64,000 nt of DNA from Flavobacteriales bacterium (GTDB lineage Bacteria > Bacteroidota > Bacteroidia > Flavobacteriales_F > PHOS-HE28): contig JBGTAJ010000048.1 of assembly GCA_041749915.1 (NCBI GenBank), positions 17,844-81,843 on the forward strand. The letters run 5' to 3'. Below are positions 8,433 through 17,994 of this stretch, in pieces. Each line of letters starts with the position of its first letter. Position 1 is the stretch's first letter. Under the pieces are notes generated by a model that ran no database searches, was not told where the DNA came from, and was given only the letters and a program-made list of their open reading frames with translations. Made by a program: the position numbers and the translations under genes.

Positions 8433-10664
8433 CTAGCGGGTCAGTTCGTAGAAGGAGGCGTCGCTGCCAGCGGCATCGGAGACCACCACCGTTTTATCGA
8501 CGCTCTCACTGTAGTTCTGCATCTGGGCCTTCAACGAGCCATAGTTGAAATAGCTGTAGATGTCATCCTTGCGGGCATCCACCGGCACCCAGTAGGCCTT
8601 TCCGCCCACCGATCGTCCGTGACCGGAGTACCACACGAGGATGGTGCTCACCTTGTTGGTGCGCACCAGGTCGCGCAGTTCGATGTTGAAGAAGCGCTCC
8701 AACTGTTCCTTGCTAAGGTTCTTCTTGGTGATGGTCTTGGAGATCGAGTAGTTCGCGAAGGCCTTCTGCATCTTCGACGCATCGGTAGCAGACGACTGGA
8801 TCGCCGGAAAGTTCCGGTAGTTCGCGTTCTCGATGTGGATCACCCAGGTGTTGCCGTTCCGCGAGGCGGATACTGCCGGGGTGGCGGTTGTGCCGGTTGG
8901 TCCGGGCTCTGAAGGTGGTTTGGCGGCCACCACCGGTTCGGCTTTCCGCGCCAGGCGATAGATCTGGTCCGTGCTGTTGCCGTGCTGGTCCTCCACATGG
9001 ACTGCGAAATGTTCCTTGTCCTTGACATCCAGCTTGATGCTGAAGTCCGGGTTCATCTGGTCGGGGGCGTAGCTGGCGTTCACGCCGTCCACGGTGACCA
9101 GGCGGATCAGGGATGCATCCGTCACCTTGCCTTCCAGGAAGACGCTCTCCTTTCCGGCGGTGATCGTGACGGTCCGGTCGGCATCAGCTACGGGCGCGGT
9201 CAGGGATACCAAGGGAGCAAGGCCTTCGGTGCGTTCCACGCGCAGCACCACGGAGGTGAAGTTGTCATAGGCATCGACCGCCTGCACCACGATCTCCGAA
9301 TCAGCAGGTCCCCAGGGGATGGAGGTGAAGAACTGTGGATCCTTTTCCTCCTTGTCGAACTGAGCCGGAGTCCCGTTCACCGTGATGGACTTCAGGTGGC
9401 TTTTGTCCAGCACGTAGCCGGTGACCTTCAGGTAAGCCAACGATGCCGACACCTGGGCCACACTGTCCCGGCTGAAAGGCTCCAGTACGGTAAGCCGGGG
9501 AGGGTCGCTTTCCCGGTTCATCTCGAACACCTGGAGGGCGATCCGTGCGCGGGAAGCCTCGATCACATTACGCTGGTCGGCACTGTAGGTGGCATCGCCT
9601 TCCATGACCTTTTGAGCGGTCTCCAGATCCTTCACGGCCCCATCCATGTCCAGGTTCGCCTCCCGGCATTCGGCGCGTAACAAGAGCAGGTCCACATCCC
9701 TCGGATGCTCCAACAACACCTTGTTCAGGTCGTTGATGGCGTTCTGCTGCTGGCCGAAGCCCTGGTAATAACGTGCCCGCTGTTCGTACACGGCACGATC
9801 GGTGCGCCCCAGGGCCATGCAGCGGCTGACGTCATCGATGGCCTTGGCATATTCCTTCTGCAGGGCCAGGGCTTTGCTGCGGGTGAACAGCGCATCAGTG
9901 CTTTGTGGGTTCAGTTCCAGTGCGCGCGTGCATTTCTCAATGGCCTTCTCCAAGGTGCGCATCTGCATGGTGGTGCCGCTGTATTGCTGGTACAGTTTCA
10001 GCTGCACCTCCGACAAGGCCACGTAAGCCGGTTCGTAGAGGTGGTTCCACTCGATGACCTTGTCCAGGTCGAACTCCGCCGTGGCATAATCCCGGGTGGC
10101 GGTGCGTACGAGCCCATGCAAGTAATAAGTGTCCGTGGTGGCCTTGAGCGCGAGTGCTGCATCGGACGCCTGGGTGGCAGCGTCGAGGTTGTTCAGCGCA
10201 AGGGCGGCCCTCACCTTGGTCTGCAGGGCGGGCATATGCTTGCCGTCCATCCGCAATGCCCGTTCACAGTAGTCCAGTGCCAGTGTGGCGCTGTCGATCT
10301 CTAGGTAGGCGGCCGCAGCCGCAGCGGCGTGGTTCGGTTCAGCAGGGTCCAGTTCGGCGATCTTCGCCCGGTCGGTGGCTACGGCCAATCGTTTGCCAAG
10401 CAGGGTGTTCACCTCCGCCCGGGCCTCATAGGCCTTGATGAGGTTCGGGTCCACCTTGATCGCCAGATCATACCGTTCCAAAGCACGGTCCAACTCGTTC
10501 GCTTTGCGAAGGACATCGCCTTCCTTCAGAAAGGCCTTGCCCCCTTGGGCCGAAGCAAGCAGGCTGAAAGACCCGACAAGCAGGCACGTGAGCAGGGACC
10601 TGCGGACCGACAGGCCCCATCGTTCCCGAACGACACGGTACACACCTGGCAGGCGGACCATCAT
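8433..10664 (-). CDS. Exported TPR protein with Ig-like repeats and a C-terminal degenerate caspase (C14) domain
   Basis: Signal peptide, ~10 TPRs, beta-rich repeats, WYSGHG...YWVPVDA and SDAAGS in place of DAC. Confidence 0.8.
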   Translation of the reverse strand: MMVRLPGVYRVVRERWGLSVRRSLLTCLLVGSFSLLASAQGGKAFLKEGDVLRKANELDRALERYDLAIKVDPNLIKAYEARAEVNTLLGKRLAVATDRAKIAELDPAEPNHAAAAAAAYLEIDSATLALDYCERALRMDGKHMPALQTKVRAALALNNLDAATQASDAALALKATTDTYYLHGLVRTATRDYATAEFDLDKVIEWNHLYEPAYVALSEVQLKLYQQYSGTTMQMRTLEKAIEKCTRALELNPQSTDALFTRSKALALQKEYAKAIDDVSRCMALGRTDRAVYEQRARYYQGFGQQQNAINDLNKVLLEHPRDVDLLLLRAECREANLDMDGAVKDLETAQKVMEGDATYSADQRNVIEASRARIALQVFEMNRESDPPRLTVLEPFSRDSVAQVSASLAYLKVTGYVLDKSHLKSITVNGTPAQFDKEEKDPQFFTSIPWGPADSEIVVQAVDAYDNFTSVVLRVERTEGLAPLVSLTAPVADADRTVTITAGKESVFLEGKVTDASLIRLVTVDGVNASYAPDQMNPDFSIKLDVKDKEHFAVHVEDQHGNSTDQIYRLARKAEPVVAAKPPSEPGPTGTTATPAVSASRNGNTWVIHIENANYRNFPAIQSSATDASKMQKAFANYSISKTITKKNLSKEQLERFFNIELRDLVRTNKVSTILVWYSGHGRSVGGKAYWVPVDARKDDIYSYFNYGSLKAQMQNYSESVDKTVVVSDAAGSDASFYELTR

Positions 10665-11479
10665 TCCGTGCCGACGAATTTGTCCATCACCTCCGGTGTC
10701 ACACCCGTGCTGCTGAAACCGCCATCGTGGAAGAGGTTCTGCATGGTGACGTACTTGGTCAGGTCACTGAACAGGGAGATGCAGTAACGGGCACAATCCT
10801 CGGCGGGCGCATTGCCCAATGGGCTCATGGCCTGGGCGAAACCGAAGAATCCGTCGAATCCTTTCACGCCCGAACCGGCCGTGGTCCAAGTGGGACTCTG
10901 GCTTACCGTGTTCACGCGCACCCGATTCTCCTTGCCCAAGCGGTATCCCCAGCTTCGGGTGATGGATTCCAGCAGTGCCTTGGCGTCGGCCATGTCCCCA
11001 TAATCCGGGAAAACGCGTTGCGCGGCGATGTAGCTGAGGGCCACCACGGAAGCCTCATGGGCCAAGGCGTTCTGCTTGTGGGCGGCCTGCAACATGCGAT
11101 GCAGGCTCATGGCGCTCACGTCCAGGGTCTGCTTGTACCACTCATAGTTCAGGTTGTCGTAGCTACGTCCCTTACGCACATTGGGGCTCATGCCGATGCT
11201 GTGCAGGAGGAAGTCCACCGGACCACCGAGCACTGCCTGGCTTTCCGTGAAGAGTTTCTCCAGGTCGGCATCATTCGTGGCATCCGCTGGAACGATGGAG
11301 GCACCGATGGCCTCGGCCAGTTTGTTGATCTCGCCCATACGCATGGCCACCGGGGCGTTCGTCAGAATGATGGTCGCCCCTTCTTCATGAGCAAGTTCGG
11401 CCACCTTCCAGGCAATGCTCTGGTCGTTCAATGCACCGGAGATGATGCCCCGTTTTCCCTTCAACAGTCCGTTGGCCAT
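10661..11479 (-). CDS. fabI: Enoyl-ACP reductase FabI
   Basis: GKRGII.GALN..SIAW, Y..M..AKA.LES, RVNTVSQSPT.T.AGSG. Confidence 0.95.
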   Translation of the reverse strand: MANGLLKGKRGIISGALNDQSIAWKVAELAHEEGATIILTNAPVAMRMGEINKLAEAIGASIVPADATNDADLEKLFTESQAVLGGPVDFLLHSIGMSPNVRKGRSYDNLNYEWYKQTLDVSAMSLHRMLQAAHKQNALAHEASVVALSYIAAQRVFPDYGDMADAKALLESITRSWGYRLGKENRVRVNTVSQSPTWTTAGSGVKGFDGFFGFAQAMSPLGNAPAEDCARYCISLFSDLTKYVTMQNLFHDGGFSSTGVTPEVMDKFVGTE

Positions 11480-11610
11480 GGCAGCTTTTGATTGATGCTG
11501 GCGAAGATAGGCGGTCCAACATTTTTACGTGGGATCCTCACCGGGAGGGACGAACGATTTTGCATTTTCGAGCCGTTCCTGTAGTTTACGCTCCAAACCT
11601 GCACCGATCC

Positions 11611-14600
11611 ATGTTACGAACCGCTACCCTGTCCGCCGCGCTATTGTTGTCGGTGACCCTTGCCCAAGCACAGTGCGTGACCACTTTCCCCTCGAACGAG
11701 GCCTTCACCGGCTTCACTGTGGGGACACCGGGGACACTGATCAACAATTGGTCCAACCTCACCATCGATGACATCGATTGGAACGTGGACAACAACGGTA
11801 CCCCTACGGCAGAAACGGGACCCATTGTGGACCATACGTTGAGCAATACCACGGGCAATGCCAAGTACATGTACGTGGAGAGTTCCGGTGCCAGCAACAC
11901 GCCGGCCAAGGTGGCCATCCTGCAGTCGCCGTGTTACAACATCTCAGGGCTGTCCAGCCCCTACCTCGTGTTCTGGTACCACATGCGCGGCAGCCAGACG
12001 GGGTCATTGCAGGTGGATGTGAACGCGGGCGGCGTGGTGACCCAGAGCCTTTGGACGGCTTCAGGGAACCAAGGGCTTTACTGGAAACAAGGCTGGTTGA
12101 ACCTGGCGCCATGGGCGGGGCAGGCTGATCTTCGGATCCGCTTCAGGGCCATCACCGGTTCGGGTGAACTGAGTGATATCGCCATTGATGACGTGTTCGT
12201 CGGGAACCTTACCCCGAACTTGGGATGCAGTGAGCCGACGGCCAACAACTTCAGTGCCGCCGTGAACCTGAACAACGGCACCTGCAATTACAGCTGTCCG
12301 GCCGGCCAGAAGCGGGTGCGCATCGATATCATGAACGACAGCTATCAGGGCGAGACCTCTTGGACCCTGACGAACGGCAGTACCAACGCGACGATCGTCA
12401 GTGGGAACAGCACCACGAACCGCACAGGCACTTCGGTCTGTGTGCCTGAGAACACCTGCCTGGTCTTCCGCATCAACGATACTGCCGGCGATGGCATTTA
12501 CCATAATACCTACGGTTTCGGGGCCTACTACGTCTGGCTCGATGGTGTCCTGATCAAGCAGGGCGGACAATTCGGCTCCTTCGAGGAGACCACCTTCAAC
12601 TGCCCCCCGGGATTCAGCTGCAGTTCCGCACTGCCACTAACACTTGCCCCGATCTCGGGAACGTACCCACAGACCCTGGCCACGGTGACCACCACAGCAG
12701 TGGAGCAGTGGTATGATTGGACTCCACCAGAGACCGGTGCGTACACCATCACCACCTGCGGAACGAACAGCTGCGATACCCGCCTGTGGTTGTATGATAT
12801 GAGCTGCGCGTCGATCGTGCTGAGCGATGGCGTGGAAGGTGCCACTTTCGCGGATGACGATGAAGGGGGCTGCGGTCTCCAGGCACAAGTGAACGCCAAT
12901 ATGCCCGGAGGGGTGCTCCACCACATGAGGGTCGGTGACAATGCCGGCGCATGCGGTGGATCCGTGACCTTCTCCATCGTCTACAATGGCCCCGTGGTGG
13001 GTTGCATGAACTCCCAATCGTGCAACTACGACCCGCTCGCCACCGTGGCCTGTGTGGATTGCTGCATGGCCTTCGGCGATCCGGAATGCCCTGAAGGTCC
13101 CGATCTGATCATGAGCTCCTCAGCCCTGCAGAGCAGCCTTTCCCTGTCCACTGTGAACATCACCGATGCCTGCGCACCGCAGGAAGGCTGCACCGGCGGA
13201 ATGGGTCAACGCTATGTGCTGCGCTTCACCACCCGCATCGAGAACATCGGCACCACCGACTACTACATCGGCAACCCCAGCACACAACCTTGGATGTTCA
13301 ACTCGAACAACTGCCATGGCCACTCCCACTTTTCAGGCTATGCGGATTACATCCTCTTCGACCAGGCGGGCAATGCGATCCCGGTGGGCTTCAAGAACGG
13401 CTTCTGTGTGATCGACGTGGGTTGCTATCCCGGTAACACCGGCCAGTTCGGTTGCAGCAACATGGGCATTTCCAAAGGCTGCTATGACATCTATGGTTCA
13501 GGCACCACTTGCAACTGGATCGACGTGACCAACGTGCCCGCCGGGCAATACACGCTGGTGCTGCGCACCAACTGGCAACGCGCTCCAGATGCCTTGGGCC
13601 GTCACGAGATGGACTACACCAACAACTTCGCCCAGGTCTGCATCAACCTCACCCGAAATGCCCAGAACGTGCCCTCGTTCTCTGTCGTCACAAACTGTGC
13701 ACCCTACACGGACTGCCTGGGCCAGCCCTATGGCGATGCCCGCTACGACTGCATGGGCACCTGCGCAGGAACCGTGAAGGACGGGGACCTGAACAACGAC
13801 CTGTTGCAAACTGCACCGGATGCCATGGAGTACGTGGCGGCCATCCTGGGCGATGACATCTCCCCCAACGCCTGCAACGACCTCAACGGTGACAATGCCA
13901 TCACGGTGACGGACGCGGCGTTGATGGTGAATTGCTACACGCAGCGCGACATCCACAACGCAGAGACCATCGTGGATTATCACCCTTGGTGCGAGTTCCC
14001 TCGCGGATGGCTCAGTGCCGAAGACCAGGTGGACCTCAAGCTCGCCAACCTGGACCCCGTGGCCAAGACGGTGGATGTGCTGATCCGTAACCCGAGCTGC
14101 AGGGTTCTCGGTTACGAATTCATGATGGGTGGGCTGCAAGTGCAGACCGTCACCAATCTGGCCCCCAACCTGGTGGGCGACATCGTGATCAGTTCCGGAC
14201 TGGGTGGTTCGCGGATCATCGGTCTTTCCTACACGGACAGCAGCTTGGTGAAGAACACCGACTTCACACCCCTGTGCCGCATCAATTATCTGGCCTTGAC
14301 CGCAGGCAACGTTTGCATCAGTGACATTGTGGACATCGTGAACGATCAGGCCAACAATGTCATGACCAGTGTCGTTGACGGTTGCCTTACGGTCCCGAAC
14401 GTTGTGGCGGTCAACCCCAAGGTCTTCCTCGAAGGACCTTTTGATGCCGCTCAGACCCTGATGCGTGATGACCTCCGGACCCAGTCGTTGATCCCGAACG
14501 TGGAGCCTTACACGGCCCTTGGCTATACCGGAGGACCAGGTGGGGAGACCATTGCCGCCGGCGTGTTGGACGTGACAGGCCCGAATGCCATCGTGGATTG

Positions 14601-15135
14601 GATCTGGGTGGAAGCCCGGTCCACGACCTCGCCGCATGCTGTCCTCGGTGCCCGCGCTTCGCTTCTGCAACGCGATGGTGATATCGTTGCCACGGACGGG
14701 ACTTCGGCCGTGTTGCTGCCGGTGGTACCCGGCAACTACCAGCTGGCCGTGCGCCACCGCAATCATCTTGGCATCATGACGCTTGCTCCCGTGGCGTTGT
14801 CCAGCAGCGTGGTCGAAGTGGACCTGCGAACTGCTTCCGTGACCATGTGGGGTACGGAGGCCCGCAAGCAGGACGGTGCATCCATGCTGATGTGGGCAGG
14901 AAATGCCACTCCCGATGAAAAACTGAGCTATGCCGGCCAGTCCAACGATCGCGATCCGATCCTGAGCGTGGTGGGGGGCTCGCTCCCAACGGGTACCGTG
15001 GTGGGCTACTACCTGGAGGATACCAACCTCAGCGGCGTGGTGAAGTACACCGGTGCCTCGAACGACCGTGACATCATCCTCTCCAACATCGGTGGGACGG
15101 TGCCGACTGCAACACGCCAGGAACAGTTGCCCTGA
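11611..15135 (+). CDS. Secreted multidomain protein: MAM, beta-sandwich modules, lysyl oxidase domain, dockerin-like, cohesin-like, ~240-aa C-terminal module
   Basis: Signal peptide from ATG 11611; MAM (TGP..DHT, YMYVE, FWYHM.G, DIAIDD); CHGHSH, GFKNGFC, GCYDIY, CNWIDVTNVPAGQY match the lysyl oxidase core. Confidence 0.85.
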   Translation: MLRTATLSAALLLSVTLAQAQCVTTFPSNEAFTGFTVGTPGTLINNWSNLTIDDIDWNVDNNGTPTAETGPIVDHTLSNTTGNAKYMYVESSGASNTPAKVAILQSPCYNISGLSSPYLVFWYHMRGSQTGSLQVDVNAGGVVTQSLWTASGNQGLYWKQGWLNLAPWAGQADLRIRFRAITGSGELSDIAIDDVFVGNLTPNLGCSEPTANNFSAAVNLNNGTCNYSCPAGQKRVRIDIMNDSYQGETSWTLTNGSTNATIVSGNSTTNRTGTSVCVPENTCLVFRINDTAGDGIYHNTYGFGAYYVWLDGVLIKQGGQFGSFEETTFNCPPGFSCSSALPLTLAPISGTYPQTLATVTTTAVEQWYDWTPPETGAYTITTCGTNSCDTRLWLYDMSCASIVLSDGVEGATFADDDEGGCGLQAQVNANMPGGVLHHMRVGDNAGACGGSVTFSIVYNGPVVGCMNSQSCNYDPLATVACVDCCMAFGDPECPEGPDLIMSSSALQSSLSLSTVNITDACAPQEGCTGGMGQRYVLRFTTRIENIGTTDYYIGNPSTQPWMFNSNNCHGHSHFSGYADYILFDQAGNAIPVGFKNGFCVIDVGCYPGNTGQFGCSNMGISKGCYDIYGSGTTCNWIDVTNVPAGQYTLVLRTNWQRAPDALGRHEMDYTNNFAQVCINLTRNAQNVPSFSVVTNCAPYTDCLGQPYGDARYDCMGTCAGTVKDGDLNNDLLQTAPDAMEYVAAILGDDISPNACNDLNGDNAITVTDAALMVNCYTQRDIHNAETIVDYHPWCEFPRGWLSAEDQVDLKLANLDPVAKTVDVLIRNPSCRVLGYEFMMGGLQVQTVTNLAPNLVGDIVISSGLGGSRIIGLSYTDSSLVKNTDFTPLCRINYLALTAGNVCISDIVDIVNDQANNVMTSVVDGCLTVPNVVAVNPKVFLEGPFDAAQTLMRDDLRTQSLIPNVEPYTALGYTGGPGGETIAAGVLDVTGPNAIVDWIWVEARSTTSPHAVLGARASLLQRDGDIVATDGTSAVLLPVVPGNYQLAVRHRNHLGIMTLAPVALSSSVVEVDLRTASVTMWGTEARKQDGASMLMWAGNATPDEKLSYAGQSNDRDPILSVVGGSLPTGTVVGYYLEDTNLSGVVKYTGASNDRDIILSNIGGTVPTATRQEQLP

Positions 15136-15162
15136 TCGGGTCCGAACACCGATGAAGCATTG

Positions 15163-15193
15163 GAACGCGCCTTTCGGGGCGCGTTCTGCTTTT
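15163..15193 (+). terminator. Intrinsic terminator
   Basis: GAACGCGCC-TTTCGG-GGCGCGTTC hairpin followed by TGCTTTT after stop 15135. Confidence 0.75.
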
Positions 15194-15267
15194 CCATCCT
15201 GGGACACTTTGGGCATTGCGCCGCATCTACCGATCCCGCTACATTGCCGACCCTTAAGAATTCAACC

Positions 15268-17946
15268 ATGTTGAGCGTCCGTATAACCTTTGTCAGCACC
15301 CTTCTTCTCGCGTCTTTTTCAGGGCTCCATGCCCAAGTGGCGCAGGGAGGGGTTCCCTTGTCCATCAGCCGAAGCACGAGCCTACCGGTACCCGCAGGAA
15401 TTCGCTTGCCGGATGTGGACCTGGGCCTGCTGGCTGCCCAGGATGCGATCAACGACCAGGACAAGTCGATCCCATATCGCTTCGGATACAACCACGCCAC
15501 AGATCTTGGCATCGAGAACTCGGGCACCTGGACCGAATTGGAGGATGGCTCGCGGCTGTGGCGGATGGGCATCGAATGTCCCGGTGCCTTGAGCATCAAT
15601 TTCGAGTTCACCGAATTCGACATCCCGGACGTGGCCAGGGTCTTCGTCACCAATGAGGCGGGCGAGTATATCGGTTCGTTCACCAATGCCAATGATCATG
15701 GCGACCATGTGCTGGGGGTGCAGCCTTTGCGGGGTTCGCGGATCACGGTGGAATACCAGGTGCCCACCGGTGCATCGCTGGGTGCACTGCGGATCGGTCA
15801 GGTCACGCACGGTTACCGCGACGTGTTCAACTACGGCCGTGGGCTCGGCGATTCCGGTTCGTGCAACAACAACGTCATCTGTCCCGAGGGCGATCCCTGG
15901 CGAGACCAGATCCGTTCGGTGGCCATGATCGTGGTCAACGGTAGCGGGATCTGCACCGGTACGCTGATCAATAACTGTGCGGCGAACGGTACCCCCTACT
16001 TTCTAACAGCCAACCACTGTCTTCCCGGCAACCTGAACGTAAGCACCTGGGTGTTCCGCTTCAACTGGGACAGCCCGGTGTGCGGCTCGAACCAGAACGG
16101 CCCCACCACACAGACGGTGAGCGGCGCATCGCTACTGGCCAACAGCGCTGGAACGGATGTTGCCCTGCTTCAACTGAACAGCACGCCACCGGGGAGCTAC
16201 AACGTGTACTACAGCGGGTGGGACAAGAGCGGTGTGTTCCCCACGAACCAGACGGCCATCCACCACCCCGCCGGTGACATTAAAAAGATCAGCTTCGACA
16301 ACCAGGCGGCTGGCCAGGCCAGCTATGGCGGTGCGCAGTGCTGGCGGATCTTCAATTGGGAGGATGGGACCACCGAACCGGGCTCCTCGGGAAGCGGGCT
16401 ATGGGACCAGAACAAGCGCTTGATCGGTCAGCTCTATGGAGGGCAGGCGACCTGCTCAAACAACGTGAACGACTACTACGGCCGCTTGGACCTGAGCTTT
16501 CCGCTGCTCCAACAATGGCTGGGAAGCTGCGGGAACACGGTGAACGGCTACGACCCGAACGCCCCCACCCTGACCTTGGATGCCCAGGTCACCGGATTCA
16601 CGGGTGTTGCCGCGAATACCTGCACTGCAACGGTAAGCCCCAGCGCCACGGTGCGGAACGGAGGCACCACCACCCTGACCAGCTTCCAACTGAGCTGGAC
16701 GGCATCAGGCGGGGCATCCGGAAACATCCCATGGACCGGTTCGCTCGCGAGCGGTGAGTCGGTCTCTCTGGCCTTGGGCAGCGTGGGTCTGGAACCTGGC
16801 GCGAACACGATCATCGCCACGGTCTCTTCTCCCAACGGAGGTGTGGACCAGAACGCCACGAACAACCAATCCCAAGTGGCGGTGCAGTATGGCAACAACC
16901 AGCTGACCTTGAACCTGGTGCTCGATCGTTACGGAGCGGAGACCACCTGGCAGATCCGCAACGGCGCCACGATCTATGCCAGCGGTGGTCCGTACACCAA
17001 CCAAGCGGCCAACGGCCAGTTCCCGCTTGCTCCCATCACCGTCTGTGTTCCCGATGGATGCCATGAGCTGGTGGTGTTCGACAGCTACGGAGACGGACTG
17101 TGCTGCGCCTATGGCAATGGCAGTTTCTCCCTGCTCGATGCACAGGGAGCTGTACTCGCTTCGGGGGGCACCTTCACCAGCAGTGTCACCTCGTCCTTCT
17201 GTGTCAGCGGTGAGATCGCCGTAAGGCCTCGCGTAATGTTGGAAGGCGCCTACGGCAATGGCCCATTGATGAGCGATGCATTGCGTTCAAACGGACTGTT
17301 GCCCCTCACCGAGCCTTACACTGCGCTAGGGTACACCCACGTGAGCGGTGGAGGCGAGACCACCACGGCACCGGTGCTCTCCGTGACGGGTGTGAATGCC
17401 GTAGTGGATTGGGTGATGGTGGAACTTCGGTCCACCACGGCCCCTTATGCGGTGCTTGCCACCCGGTCCGCACTGGTACAGGCCGATGGCGATGTGGTGG
17501 ATACCGATGGCACGTCAGCGGTGGCTTTCACCCTGGCCCCGGGCAACTACAGGCTGGCTATCCGGCACCGCAACCACCTCGGTGCCATGACGGCCTCCAA
17601 CATCGCGCTGAGCGCGACCGCTGCCACGGTCGATCTCACCTCAGCGGGGGTGGCAACCTATGGCACCGGTGCCCGCCGGGACGTGGCCGGTGTGCAGGTG
17701 CTTTGGACCGGGAATGCCATCAACGACGGACAGTTGTTGTACACCGGACAGGGCAACGACCGCGACCCCGTGCTGGTGCGCGTGGGCGGATCAGCCCCCA
17801 CGGCCACTGTCAGCGGCTACTGGCGTGAGGACATGAACATGGACGGCGTGGTGAAGTACACAGGCCAGAACAACGACCGCGACCCGATCCTGAGCAACGT
17901 GGGCGGCAGCGTGCCCACCGCCGCGAGGGCCGAGCAATTGCCATGA
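15268..17946 (+). CDS. Secreted trypsin-like protease (lysyl endopeptidase/Achromobacter protease I type) with CARDB-like domain and the ~240-aa C-terminal module
   Basis: YFLTANHC, TDVALLQL, GTTEPGSSGS triad; DYYGR; propeptide; C-terminus homologous to that of the upstream gene. Confidence 0.9.
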   Translation: MLSVRITFVSTLLLASFSGLHAQVAQGGVPLSISRSTSLPVPAGIRLPDVDLGLLAAQDAINDQDKSIPYRFGYNHATDLGIENSGTWTELEDGSRLWRMGIECPGALSINFEFTEFDIPDVARVFVTNEAGEYIGSFTNANDHGDHVLGVQPLRGSRITVEYQVPTGASLGALRIGQVTHGYRDVFNYGRGLGDSGSCNNNVICPEGDPWRDQIRSVAMIVVNGSGICTGTLINNCAANGTPYFLTANHCLPGNLNVSTWVFRFNWDSPVCGSNQNGPTTQTVSGASLLANSAGTDVALLQLNSTPPGSYNVYYSGWDKSGVFPTNQTAIHHPAGDIKKISFDNQAAGQASYGGAQCWRIFNWEDGTTEPGSSGSGLWDQNKRLIGQLYGGQATCSNNVNDYYGRLDLSFPLLQQWLGSCGNTVNGYDPNAPTLTLDAQVTGFTGVAANTCTATVSPSATVRNGGTTTLTSFQLSWTASGGASGNIPWTGSLASGESVSLALGSVGLEPGANTIIATVSSPNGGVDQNATNNQSQVAVQYGNNQLTLNLVLDRYGAETTWQIRNGATIYASGGPYTNQAANGQFPLAPITVCVPDGCHELVVFDSYGDGLCCAYGNGSFSLLDAQGAVLASGGTFTSSVTSSFCVSGEIAVRPRVMLEGAYGNGPLMSDALRSNGLLPLTEPYTALGYTHVSGGGETTTAPVLSVTGVNAVVDWVMVELRSTTAPYAVLATRSALVQADGDVVDTDGTSAVAFTLAPGNYRLAIRHRNHLGAMTASNIALSATAATVDLTSAGVATYGTGARRDVAGVQVLWTGNAINDGQLLYTGQGNDRDPVLVRVGGSAPTATVSGYWREDMNMDGVVKYTGQNNDRDPILSNVGGSVPTAARAEQLP

Positions 17947-17968
17947 ACCGGAGTTCCGTAGTGTAACA

Positions 17969-17994
17969 GATAAAGGGCCGTGAGGCCCTTTATC
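17969..17994. terminator. Bidirectional terminator between convergent protease and recN
   Basis: GATAAAGGGCC-GTGA-GGCCCTTTATC perfect 11-bp stem. Confidence 0.8.

Noticed and set aside
5261-10664. Cyclase plus caspase as a CBASS/Pycsar-type antiphage system
   Set aside because: The caspase-like protein is exported and lacks the catalytic Cys, the cyclase is a membrane sensor type, and the genes sit in a housekeeping operon with normal composition.
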